A stretch of 64,000 bases of DNA, taken from positions 1,399 through 65,398 of the forward strand of contig JADHXD010000005.1 of assembly GCA_016783145.1 (NCBI GenBank), given 5' to 3'. This document shows, in pieces, positions 44,529-53,480 of the stretch. A model generated the notes under the pieces. The model was not told the DNA's origin and searched no databases. It worked only from the letters and a program-made list of their open reading frames with translations. The translations under genes and the position numbers were made by a program. Numbering within the stretch: position 1 is the first letter of the stretch; every line of letters starts with the position of its first letter. Origin of the DNA: Anaerolineae bacterium. GTDB taxonomy: Bacteria > Chloroflexota > Anaerolineae > JAFGEY01.

Positions 44529-44625
44529 GCTGGTGGCTGAAAGCCGCACCGACACACGCACCTCCATCGAACGTGTCCCCGCGTTCCCCCCCCTGGCTGC
44601 GTCTGGAAAAGACGTGACTGGCGCG

Positions 44626-45846
44626 CTACGGTCGCTCCCCGAGCTCGACAGGGAGCGTGATCTGTTCGCCGTCACGGATGATGGTCAAGGCCACGGTCTG
44701 TCCCACCCTGGTCCGCTGCAGGTGCGTGATGATGTCGTCCATATCGTGTACGGGACGGTCATCGATGGCGACGATGATATCTCCTCTAGCCGGAATGGGC
44801 TCAGGGTATCCGGGCACTTCTACTTTCTCAGTGCCGCCTCTCAGCCCTGCCCCGGCGGATGGCCCACCTTCGATCACCTCGGCAACGAGGGCGCCCTGCT
44901 CCACCGACAGGGCGAGTGCGCGGACCATCTCGGGGCCGAGTGCGTAACCCCGAATCCCCAGCCACGGATGTCGATATCTGCCGTAGCTGATCAGATCCGG
45001 CACGACCTGCTGCACTTCGTCCACGGGCACGGCGAACCCGATGCCCACCGAGCCCCCGATGGGGTTTGAGGGCCGGTAGTAGCTGTTGACCCCAATCACG
45101 CGGCCACTGGAATCCAGCAGCGGGCCGCCCGAGTTGCCGGGATTGATCGCCGCATCCGTCTGGATGACCTCGGCGATGGAGAACCCGCTCTCCTGTCGCA
45201 GAACCCGTCCCAGCGCGCTGATGTGGCCCACCGTCAGCGTCCGTTCGTATCCGTAGGGATTGCCGATGGCGATCGCGAGCTGTCCCACCTCCAGGTGCGC
45301 CGAAGTGCCCATCTCGAGCGGCACAAGGATCTCAGAGGGTACGTCTACCTTGATCACGGCGAGGTCGGCGTCTGCATCCGTTCCAAGGATTTCGGCCTCG
45401 GCAACGGTGTCATCGGAAAAGTAGACCTGTATCGCATCGGCGCCCTCGATCACGTGCGCGTTCGTGACGATGTGCCCCTCCCGATCGTACACAACCCCCG
45501 AGGCGCTGCCCCCTCCCTCCTCGTCCTCTCGATCGATGACCTGGATGTAGACGACTCCGGGGCTGGCTCGCTTGTAGATATCGATCACGATCTGTTCCTG
45601 AGGCAGTTTCGTCTCCGGGCGGGGAGGCTCGTCCGTCCTATCCGTGGCTGGAGTAGCGGTGACGACGACAACAAGCGGGGTCTGTTTGGTCTGAGGGGCA
45701 GATGGCCCCAAGGCGGGCAGCGTGCACGTACAGCTCAACAAGATAACGACAACAACGGCGATTCCGATCAGGATCCGGCGATCTCGAAGGTTGCTCATGC
45801 TCATCCTTTGGTTCATATTGTGCAGGGGGATCGGCAGGATCGACAC
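44626..45846 (-). CDS. htrA: HtrA/DegP family serine protease with PDZ domain
   Basis: Catalytic-triad context TNAHVI, DADLAVIKV, GNSGGPLLD. The C-terminal PDZ has GALVAEVIEGGPSAGAGLRGG. An N-terminal TM anchor is present. The exact start among several ATGs is uncertain. Confidence 0.85.
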   Translation of the reverse strand: MSILPIPLHNMNQRMSMSNLRDRRILIGIAVVVVILLSCTCTLPALGPSAPQTKQTPLVVVVTATPATDRTDEPPRPETKLPQEQIVIDIYKRASPGVVYIQVIDREDEEGGGSASGVVYDREGHIVTNAHVIEGADAIQVYFSDDTVAEAEILGTDADADLAVIKVDVPSEILVPLEMGTSAHLEVGQLAIAIGNPYGYERTLTVGHISALGRVLRQESGFSIAEVIQTDAAINPGNSGGPLLDSSGRVIGVNSYYRPSNPIGGSVGIGFAVPVDEVQQVVPDLISYGRYRHPWLGIRGYALGPEMVRALALSVEQGALVAEVIEGGPSAGAGLRGGTEKVEVPGYPEPIPARGDIIVAIDDRPVHDMDDIITHLQRTRVGQTVALTIIRDGEQITLPVELGERP

Positions 45847-45900
45847 GTGTCCGCGCGCTGCTGCGCGATGACCCCTGTCGATGTCCTGGCTGGCGCGTGC

Positions 45901-46887
45901 CTACCTAGTCCCACCTGGGCCTTCGGGTGTGATGTTGAGGAAGGGCAGAACGCTTTCCTGGGGCATGATGCCCCAGCTCACTCTGCTGTCCGGGTTTTGC
46001 AGCGCATTCACAAACTCCAACTGGATGATCTCGGGGTACTGCTTTAGTATCTCACCTTTGAGCAGGATCGCCTCTGCTTCGGCTTCAGCGATCAGCTTGA
46101 TCCTGTCCGCGTTTCCCACTGCCAGGAGCTTGATCCGTTCCGCGTCACCGCGCGCGTTCTCGATCGTCGCCTGTGCTTCTCCCTTGGCTTCCTCAATGGC
46201 GCTCTGTGCTCTCCACCTGGCCTGCTCGGCACGGTGAGACTCGGTGGTCACGTTCTCGGCTTCGATCTGTTTCTGCTCGATGGCCTGAACATAGTCGTCC
46301 TGAAAGTCGATCTTGCGCAGGCCAAATGCCTCCAGTTTTACCCCTTTTGCTTCCAGCAGAGGGCGCAACTGCTCCTCGAACTGGTCTTGTACCTGCTGGA
46401 TGTTGCCAGTGTACAGGTCCAGCGCTTCGTATTCCTTGGGGATGTTGCGCGCCAGGATGCGGCTGTGAAACTTGATCACCTTGTCGACGACGTCCTCTTC
46501 CCTGCCGATCTCGTTCGCGATCTGGGTGATCTTTTCCGGATCGATGCGAAAGCGCACCGAGTACTTGACGGTGATCTGCTGCCCATCGGCGGTCGTGGTA
46601 TCGGTGGGATAGTCCGTGTACGTGCCCGGACCTTCCTCAAATCCTACCTCTTCTTCCGTGACATAGATCAACTCCTGCGTGCGGTAGATCACGACCTTGT
46701 CGACAAAAGGTGCTTTCCAGTTCAAACCGGGGGTCATGATCCGGTTCGTGATCCTTCCGAAACGGGTGACCATACCCACGGTGCCGTACTTTACCTGCGT
46801 GTAGCTCGAGGTCAAAGTGATCAGTGCAAAGAGCACAATGGCCCCGACGATGATAGTGGTCCCAATGGTGGCCGATCTCCTGGGCAT
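45901..46887 (-). CDS. SPFH/band 7 (prohibitin/HflC-like) membrane protein
   Basis: N-terminal TM anchor, an SPFH core (YGTVGMVTRFGRITNRIMTPGLNWKAPFVDKV) and a long Ala/Glu-rich coiled coil. Confidence 0.8.
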   Translation of the reverse strand: MPRRSATIGTTIIVGAIVLFALITLTSSYTQVKYGTVGMVTRFGRITNRIMTPGLNWKAPFVDKVVIYRTQELIYVTEEEVGFEEGPGTYTDYPTDTTTADGQQITVKYSVRFRIDPEKITQIANEIGREEDVVDKVIKFHSRILARNIPKEYEALDLYTGNIQQVQDQFEEQLRPLLEAKGVKLEAFGLRKIDFQDDYVQAIEQKQIEAENVTTESHRAEQARWRAQSAIEEAKGEAQATIENARGDAERIKLLAVGNADRIKLIAEAEAEAILLKGEILKQYPEIIQLEFVNALQNPDSRVSWGIMPQESVLPFLNITPEGPGGTR

Positions 46888-47066
46888 AAGAGTTTTTCCT
46901 TTCTGTAGGTCGATCTTGATTAGAGACCAGGCTGCCCAGCCTCGGGCACCCGAGGTGGATTGGGCAGGTCTGGGGAGCGCCCCGCCATCTCACGCGCGAG
47001 GCACCGTGCCGGTGTCCATTCCTGGTTCTCCCTGGTTTCGGGCACGTGCTTCGGGTGTGTATGCCT

Positions 47067-47095
47067 ATTATACCGTATATGGTGCGCGGTGACAA
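47067..47095 (-). promoter_or_regulatory. sigma70-type promoter candidate
   Basis: The minus strand reads TTGTCA - 17 nt - TATAAT, leaving a ~165-nt leader before the SPFH start. Confidence 0.5.
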
Positions 47096-47140
47096 GAGAT
47101 GGTGGGGACGCTTTCCTGACTGTTGGCAGACTGAAGGTGG

Positions 47141-47926
47141 TCAGGCGAGCAGTATGGTCGGGTCTTGGCGCAGTGCCTGACTGACCACCTGCACCATTCT
47201 CCGCGCATCGACGAGGCGGGCGTGACATAGGCCGATCTGTCCGTCACGCTGTATGCCGCGCTCGCGGAAAACGGGTTCCATGCGCTCAAAGTTCCGACGC
47301 GGGCCATAGCGGTGGATCATCAGGTGGATCGTTCGCTGCGCGTTTCCCTGGGTCACCCTTGCCGGAACCAGGCCCGACCGCATATGGTAGGGAACGCCGA
47401 CCATCTCTTCTACGAGATGGAAGGTGGTGTTGACGGCGTGCGTCACGCCAAGGAGCAGGATGTACCCACCGGCATCGGACAGCCGTCCGTAAGGTGAGTC
47501 GGGGCCGCAGGGAGTGATAGAGTATTCGTGTCCGACTGTGAATGCCGCAGCCTGCGCCCCGATCCCTGCCACTGAGTGCGTGGGATGCAGGCTGCGCACT
47601 GCTTTCATTCTCTTGCGAAAGGTCTCCGGAATGCGTCCCGTCCAACAAGGGGTCGTAACGGGGTCAAAGACGGGCGGGTTGTGAGCGTGGAGGGCCTCCG
47701 ATCCGGTGAGCGTGGGCACCAGGATCGTGCCCTCTGGACCGACGGCTGCCAACAGCGCGTCGATCACTGTGTCGGCACCTCCCTCGACGTATCCAAAGCT
47801 GCTCAAGGAACTATGCACGAGCACACTCGCCCCGCTCTGCAGCCCCAACGCCTGCAACCCGAGCACGATGTCATGCTGTGTGATGCTCGTCTCGCTTCTC
47901 TCGGACCAGGTCATCTCAACCCTCAT
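47141..47926 (-). CDS. AAC(3) family N-acetyltransferase
   Basis: LGLQSGASVLVHSSLSSFGYVEGGADTVIDALL..GTILVPTLTG matches the aminoglycoside 3-N-acetyltransferase fold signature. Confidence 0.7.
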   Translation of the reverse strand: MRVEMTWSERSETSITQHDIVLGLQALGLQSGASVLVHSSLSSFGYVEGGADTVIDALLAAVGPEGTILVPTLTGSEALHAHNPPVFDPVTTPCWTGRIPETFRKRMKAVRSLHPTHSVAGIGAQAAAFTVGHEYSITPCGPDSPYGRLSDAGGYILLLGVTHAVNTTFHLVEEMVGVPYHMRSGLVPARVTQGNAQRTIHLMIHRYGPRRNFERMEPVFRERGIQRDGQIGLCHARLVDARRMVQVVSQALRQDPTILLA

Positions 47927-48845
47927 CCAACGCCTCTAGCGCTTCTCCCAGCGTGGCCTGTCCGTCCGTGCCCCCTGTGGCGCGTATCGACAGCGAACCG
48001 CACGCGCATGCCAGGCGAAGCGACCGCTCCAGCGACCATCCGTCGAGGTAGCCGTACAGGAATCCGGCATCGAACGAGTCCCCAGCTCCGGTGGTATCCA
48101 CGACGGGCACAGGTAGGGAAGGAGCATGCGCGATTCGGTCTCCCTGTCGCGCCAGGCCACCGTCTGTCCCCAACTTGACGGCAAGGGTAGGTACCTGACC
48201 GGACAGGACATCCAGGGCTTCGGATAGGTCACTGCGTGCTGCGATGAGCCGGGCTTCGGCCTCGTTCGGCATCAAAACGTCACAGTGCGCAAGGAGCGAT
48301 GCCAAGCCCCCGTCCCACACGCCGCTCGGATCCCAGTTGGTGTCCAGTGATGTCGTCAATCCCGCCGCGTGCGCCTCGGCATAGAGCCCGGGCAGCCCAG
48401 GGCGCAGGCCGTCGAGCAGAAAGTAACTTCCCACGTGCAGGTGCCGCGCGCGATGCATCGTGCGCCGGTCTATCTGATCCACCCGGAGAGCGGCGATCGC
48501 GCCCAGGTGAGTCAGGATGCCCCGGTCGTGAGGTTGAGACAGGATGACACTCATCCCGGTGGTCAGCTCTGGGTCTATGATGCATGCAGAGATGTCGATG
48601 CCGCGGGCAGCCATGGCCCTGAGCATAAAGTGACCGAATTCATCATCTCCAACGATGCCGATAAAGGCCGTCCGCAGGCCCAGACGCGCCGCGCCGCAGG
48701 CCATGATTGCCGACGATGCGCCAACCGTCAGCCTGGCGTCGTCAACCAGTTTTTCGGCCTGCCCAAAGGCGGGGACAAGGTCGGGGCCGCGCAGGATCAG
48801 GTCGGGGTTGATTTCCCCGATGACCAGCAGGTCCAGGTCGGACAT
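47916..48845 (-). CDS. PfkB family carbohydrate kinase (ribokinase/fructosamine kinase-like)
   Basis: [11 protein letters not shown] at the N-terminus and [16 protein letters not shown] near the C-terminus. Overlaps the downstream gene by 11 nt. Confidence 0.8.
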   Translation of the reverse strand: MSDLDLLVIGEINPDLILRGPDLVPAFGQAEKLVDDARLTVGASSAIMACGAARLGLRTAFIGIVGDDEFGHFMLRAMAARGIDISACIIDPELTTGMSVILSQPHDRGILTHLGAIAALRVDQIDRRTMHRARHLHVGSYFLLDGLRPGLPGLYAEAHAAGLTTSLDTNWDPSGVWDGGLASLLAHCDVLMPNEAEARLIAARSDLSEALDVLSGQVPTLAVKLGTDGGLARQGDRIAHAPSLPVPVVDTTGAGDSFDAGFLYGYLDGWSLERSLRLACACGSLSIRATGGTDGQATLGEALEALDEG

Positions 48846-48849
48846 CTGA

Positions 48850-49929
48850 TCAGCCCTCCCACTCCAGTTCGACCACGGCATCCAGGTTATGCGGTTGATC
48901 CGGATCCAATCCCTTGGCGATGGAGCGATAGTAGGCCATCATTTGCAGGACTGGCAAGTAGAGTACGTTCCGTGCTGGTTCGGGCAGGCGCGAGTCAAAG
49001 GCCACGTCCGCCTGGGATTCTGCCAGGCTGAGCACGGCGGCGCCCAGGGAGCGCATCTCCTCGAGAACGGCCTCTTCGTGTGCTCGGTTGGCTTCCGATA
49101 GCAGGCCGATGACCAACGTGGTAGGTCCGACCATGGACTTGGGCCCGTGCCTGAACTCGAGAAAGTGAAAGGGTTCACTGTGAGTGAGCGTCATCTCTTT
49201 CATCTTGAGATTGGCCTCACAGGCTAACCCGTACCTGGTGCCGCTCCCCAAAAAGTAGAAGCGATCCAGAGCCAGGTTGCTTCCCGTCGCCTGGGCCAGG
49301 TCATCGTATGTGGAGAGAAGCCTGTGCCCGGCTGCTGGCAGACGCTCCATCTCGCTGACGAGGTCGTTTCTACCTGCCAGGATGGCAGCCATCGTTGTCG
49401 TAGCGACGTACATCGAGGCGAAAGAGCGAGTCTGCGCGATGCTCTGCTCCTGCCCCGACGGAATAGCGATCGTAACTGCCGCTGTGGCAGTCAGGGGGCG
49501 GTCGCCATAATTGGTCACGGCAACCACCTCGCCTTGCCGGTCACGGTGGAAGGCCTTGACCGCCTGCAACGTCTCTGTCGTGGCCGCGGAACGGCTGACG
49601 GCGACCAACAGCGTGCGGCCGTTCGTGGGGTAGGCTGCGCCTGGAACCATGACCAGCTCACCTGCGGGGACGCCTCTGGCTGGCTTTCCTGTCAGCTCCT
49701 GAAACAGGGCGGACGCAGCCAGCGCGAGGTAGTAGGTTGAGCCACACCCGGTAAAGATGACTTGGGCGTACTTGCCGCTTGCCCACAGGTCACAAAGGTC
49801 GTGCGCACGCTCTCCCACGACCTGTATGGCTTCACGCCACGCCGCGGGCTGCGTTCGAATCTCGGTCAAGGTAGCTGGCTCGAGTTCCTGGGGTCTGCTC
49901 TTTGCTGCCAATGTACTCTCCCTCCTCAC
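48850..49929 (-). CDS. SIS-domain sugar-phosphate isomerase/deglycase (GlmS C-terminal / FrlB / AgaS-like)
   Basis: Two SIS repeats (VIFTGCGSTYYLA, LLVAVSRSAATTET, FYFLGSG). Confidence 0.75.
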   Translation of the reverse strand: MRRESTLAAKSRPQELEPATLTEIRTQPAAWREAIQVVGERAHDLCDLWASGKYAQVIFTGCGSTYYLALAASALFQELTGKPARGVPAGELVMVPGAAYPTNGRTLLVAVSRSAATTETLQAVKAFHRDRQGEVVAVTNYGDRPLTATAAVTIAIPSGQEQSIAQTRSFASMYVATTTMAAILAGRNDLVSEMERLPAAGHRLLSTYDDLAQATGSNLALDRFYFLGSGTRYGLACEANLKMKEMTLTHSEPFHFLEFRHGPKSMVGPTTLVIGLLSEANRAHEEAVLEEMRSLGAAVLSLAESQADVAFDSRLPEPARNVLYLPVLQMMAYYRSIAKGLDPDQPHNLDAVVELEWEG

Positions 49930-49960
49930 GCATCCATCCTTCCGGTTCCATCAGAAGCAT

Positions 49961-49970
49961 ATTATACCAC
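49961..49970 (-). promoter_or_regulatory. extended -10 promoter element for the SIS/PfkB/AAC(3) operon
   Basis: The minus strand reads GTGGTATAAT (TGn + TATAAT), about 30 nt upstream of the SIS gene start. Confidence 0.35.
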
Positions 49971-50009
49971 AAGCGCGGATCGACGCTATTTCCGTTCTCT
50001 CTACATCCG

Positions 50010-50018
50010 TGGTACAAT
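50010..50018 (+). promoter_or_regulatory. extended -10 promoter element for the helicase gene
   Basis: TGGTACAAT, about 70 nt upstream of the ATG at 50087. Confidence 0.35.
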
Positions 50019-50086
50019 TCAACAGAGCGGGATGTGGTTTGCACACCATGTGACGCATCCCGTGCGACCTCTCGTGGAGCGACCCA

Positions 50087-52390
50087 ATGCGCCCTGCCCA
50101 GTTCCTCGGACAGATCAAAAACCGACGCTTCTACCGGGATCAGGTCGTTCACGTCGAGCGTATCCCCGCAAGCCGTGCCTGGTATGGCGACCTGGAACGG
50201 CCCCTGCCGAACCAGCTCAAAGCGGCTCTGGTGCGGACGGGTGTGGAGCAGTTCTACATCCATCAGGCGATGGCGATCAACGCCATCCGCCAGAAACAGC
50301 ACGTTGTTGTCGCCACCTCTACGGCCAGCGGCAAGACGCTGGCCTACAACGTACCCGTTATCGAACGCTGTCTGCTCGATTGGCGGGCTCGAGCGTTGTA
50401 CCTCTTTCCCACCAAAGCGCTGGCCCAGGACCAACTGCGCGCCCTGGGCCTGCTGCTGAAAGATGACCTGTCTCGGATCCGAGTGGGCGTCTATGATGGA
50501 GACACACCTCGGTCGGCACGGGGCACCCTTCGACGCCAGGCCGCCATCTTGCTCACCAACCCCGACATGTTACACCTGGGTATCCTACCTAATCACCATC
50601 TGTGGTCCACGTTCTTCAAGAACCTGCGCTACGTTGTCATCGACGAGGCACATGCGTATCGCGGTGTGTTCGGGTCACAGGTTGGGTGTGTCCTTCGCCG
50701 CCTGCGTCGAGTCTGCGCGGCATATGGCAGCCATCCGCAGTTCATTGCCTGCTCGGCGACAATCGCGAACCCGGCCGAACACATCGAGAACCTCACTGGC
50801 ACGCGGCCTGTGGTTGTGGATCAGGATGGCGCGCCACGAGGAGAGCGGACCTTTGTCCTGTGGAACCCGCCGCTCGTGGATAAGGCGAGCGGGGTGCGAC
50901 AGAGCGCCAATACGGAGGGGGCCAACCTGTTCACTGCTCTCGTCCAGGCCGGCGTACGCAACTTGACCTTTGCTCGCACGCGGCGGGTGGCCGAGCTGAT
51001 CCTGCGCTACGCCCAGGAGTCCCTTCGGTCGCGATCGCCCGAACTCGCGTCACGTATCGCCGCCTACCGGGCAGGCTATATGCCCCAGGAACGAAGAGCC
51101 CTCGAGCAGGCGCTGTTCAACGGCCAGCTGCTCGGCTTGACCACGACCTCTGCGTTGGAGCTGGGCATCGATGTGGGTCAGCTCGATGCGACCGTGCTGG
51201 TGGGCTACCCGGGAACGATCGCGAGTATGTGGCAGCAGGCGGGGCGTGCGGGCAGGGGAGAGGGTGAGTCGCTGACGGTGCTGATCGGTCTCGACAATCC
51301 GCTCGACCAGTACTTGATGCGGCATTCCAGCGAGCTCTTTGATCGCCCTCACGAGGCAGCGCTTTGCGATCCCGCCAATCCGTACGTGCTGATCCAGCAC
51401 TTGCCCTGTGCGGCCTACGAGGTGCCCCTGACCCCAGAAGATGAAGCCCTGTTTGGCGCTTCATCCAGCGATCACTACGTTGAGGCCATGGTGCACCTGG
51501 AAGAAAGCGGCCAACTGGAGTATCGCAGGAACCGCTGGTTTCACGTAGGAAGGCGTTATCCAGCGCAGGATGTGGGGCTTCGTTCGGCAAGCGGACGTCG
51601 AGTGCTGCTCCTGGACACCCAGCACGGCGATCAGGTGCTGGAGGAGCTCGATGCCGCCACTGCATATTTTCGCGTGCACCCGGGCGCGGTTTACCTGCAC
51701 CAAGGCTCAAGCTACCTGGTCACCGACCTGGACATAGAGAGGGGCATTGCCCTTGTCAAGGGTATGGAGGTTGACTATTACACACAGCCCCGCGAGATCA
51801 ACAGCGTGCATATCGTTCGCTCGGTCCGCCACCGGCAGTCGATGTCGTGCATTGCTTACTATGGAAAGGTGCGCGTGACATCACGAGTGGTGGGCTATGC
51901 GCGCAAAAAGCAGTTCAGCGACGAGGTCTTGAGCCAGGAGCCGCTCGACCTCCCACCGCAGACGTTTGAGACGATGGCCGTGTGGTGGGACGTGCCGCTG
52001 GAGTTGGGGCGCCAGGTGGCTGGGGATGGGGGGGATTTTGCTGGTGGGCTGCACGCCGTGGAGCACGCCTGCATCGGTATGCTCCCTCTTCTGGCCATGT
52101 GCGATCGCCTGGATCTGGGAGGGATCTCTACCGTGCGTCACGCCGATACGGAGCAGCCTCTAGTCTGCGTGTATGACGCATATCCTGGGGGCGTGGGTCT
52201 GTCCGAGAGGGGATTTGAGGTGCTCGAGAGCTGGTGGCAGGCAACCCTGGAAGCGGTTCGCTCCTGCCCGTGCGAATCTGGGTGCCCGTCATGTATCCAG
52301 AGCCCCAAGTGTGGGAACAACAATGAGCCGCTAGACAAGTCCGGTGCAGTGACGATTTTGGCCGCGCTGCTTCGGCAGGCAGGAACGTGA
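50087..52390 (+). CDS. DEAD/DEAH-box helicase with C-terminal DUF1998 (MZB) zinc domain, YprA/MrfA-like
   Basis: Motif I ATSTASGKT, motif II VIDEAH, motif VI QQAGRAGRG. The C-terminus is CPCESGCPSCIQSPKCGNNNEPLDK. Confidence 0.85.
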   Translation: MRPAQFLGQIKNRRFYRDQVVHVERIPASRAWYGDLERPLPNQLKAALVRTGVEQFYIHQAMAINAIRQKQHVVVATSTASGKTLAYNVPVIERCLLDWRARALYLFPTKALAQDQLRALGLLLKDDLSRIRVGVYDGDTPRSARGTLRRQAAILLTNPDMLHLGILPNHHLWSTFFKNLRYVVIDEAHAYRGVFGSQVGCVLRRLRRVCAAYGSHPQFIACSATIANPAEHIENLTGTRPVVVDQDGAPRGERTFVLWNPPLVDKASGVRQSANTEGANLFTALVQAGVRNLTFARTRRVAELILRYAQESLRSRSPELASRIAAYRAGYMPQERRALEQALFNGQLLGLTTTSALELGIDVGQLDATVLVGYPGTIASMWQQAGRAGRGEGESLTVLIGLDNPLDQYLMRHSSELFDRPHEAALCDPANPYVLIQHLPCAAYEVPLTPEDEALFGASSSDHYVEAMVHLEESGQLEYRRNRWFHVGRRYPAQDVGLRSASGRRVLLLDTQHGDQVLEELDAATAYFRVHPGAVYLHQGSSYLVTDLDIERGIALVKGMEVDYYTQPREINSVHIVRSVRHRQSMSCIAYYGKVRVTSRVVGYARKKQFSDEVLSQEPLDLPPQTFETMAVWWDVPLELGRQVAGDGGDFAGGLHAVEHACIGMLPLLAMCDRLDLGGISTVRHADTEQPLVCVYDAYPGGVGLSERGFEVLESWWQATLEAVRSCPCESGCPSCIQSPKCGNNNEPLDKSGAVTILAALLRQAGT

Positions 52391-52462
52391 ACCGTGCTGT
52401 TGTGTATCGTTGTTAGAGTCTTAAGAGCTGTAGAAGGTGATAGATCTATCTGAGTTTTGCGC

Positions 52463-52491
52463 TTGACAAAACTTGCTGTTCGCTCTATAAT
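52463..52491 (+). promoter_or_regulatory. perfect consensus sigma70 promoter
   Basis: TTGACA - 17 nt - TATAAT, followed by a ~180-nt GC-rich leader before the ATG at 52677. Confidence 0.55.
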
Positions 52492-52676
52492 CCGTATTAT
52501 GCACGATCCAGGGGGGCGGTCAGGTCCTTGGGCGGGCGAGTTCGGAACTCGGGCTGGGGGTCCATCCAGGAACTGTCCTGCTTGGTCTTTCGTAGGCGCA
52601 GAACGTTCGCTCTGTGAGTGGGTGGCCTCGTTGGGTTCCCGAGAGGATCCCCAACTCACGGTTCCGATGGCAAAGG

Positions 52677-53399
52677 ATGTCTGCTATGCTGATCGCTCCG
52701 CTGTTGACCCTGGTCTTGGGATTCGCCATTGGCTGGCTGGGGGCGTGGGTTGCCGTCGTCCGTGGGGCCGGCACACCGTCCAGCAAGCTTTGGGGCCGCG
52801 TGCTCTTGGGCGCGGGGCTGCTGGCCCTGATCCTCTTTGTGTTGGTGCTTTCTCCTCTAGTCGATCTCTCTCCCCCAGATAGGGTTGTGGCACCCTCGCC
52901 CGCGACTCAGATGTCGGTTGATACGACCCGCCCAACGTATACGCCCTATCCGACGTATACGCTTTACCCCACGCTCACGCCGCGCCCGACGTACACGCCG
53001 ATTCCGACGGCGACGCCCACAGCAACGTCTGTGCCTACCCGGGTCGCAGCGGCGACGCCAACCGCAGAGCCGACGCCCACATCCACGGCTACGCCTCTGC
53101 TGACGGCGACGCCAACCGCAGAGCCGACGGCCACATCCACGGCTACGCCTCCGCCGACGGAGACGCCGACCGCAGAGCCGACGGCCACATCCACGGCTAC
53201 GCCTCTGCCGACGGAGACGCCGTCCGCCAAGTCTACGGCTCTGCCGGGACCCACAGCCGTGCCGACACCCACGCTCCCCGCTGATGAGATGCCGACAACA
53301 GGCATGTCTCCGGATGGAGCGGCTCAATTGGTGACCGTGCTCGTGTTCTTTGTCCTGGTGATCGGTCTGGGGATGTGGGAGGCCCGATACCGCAGGTAG
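52677..53399 (+). CDS. Pro/Thr-rich cell-surface protein with LPXTG-like C-terminal sorting signal
   Basis: N-terminal hydrophobic segment, then about 150 aa of TPTAEPT repeats. The C-terminus is EMPTTG + a hydrophobic helix + RYRR. Confidence 0.55.
   Translation: MSAMLIAPLLTLVLGFAIGWLGAWVAVVRGAGTPSSKLWGRVLLGAGLLALILFVLVLSPLVDLSPPDRVVAPSPATQMSVDTTRPTYTPYPTYTLYPTLTPRPTYTPIPTATPTATSVPTRVAAATPTAEPTPTSTATPLLTATPTAEPTATSTATPPPTETPTAEPTATSTATPLPTETPSAKSTALPGPTAVPTPTLPADEMPTTGMSPDGAAQLVTVLVFFVLVIGLGMWEARYRR
53052..53246 (+). repeat. 3.6 copies of a 54-bp in-frame tandem repeat
   Basis: Units at 53052-53105, 53106-53159 and 53160-53213, plus a partial copy. Each encodes ATPTAEPT(A/P)TSTATP(L/P)(L/P)T. 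Confidence 0.85.
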
Positions 53400-53480
53400 G
53401 ATAAGGCGACCAGCCCGGGGTGAAACTGCCGCGCTGGTCGTCTCGCAGGAGTGCATATGCTGTCTAGCAGGAGGAAAACA

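Noticed and set aside
52510-52660. SRP-RNA-like GGUCAGGUCC and ykkC/guanidine-I-like GGGUUCC..CGAGAG strings in the 52.5-kb leader
   Set aside because: Only short fragments match. The SRP GGAAGCAGC half and the ykkC intervening stem and ACACGG/GGGA elements are absent.
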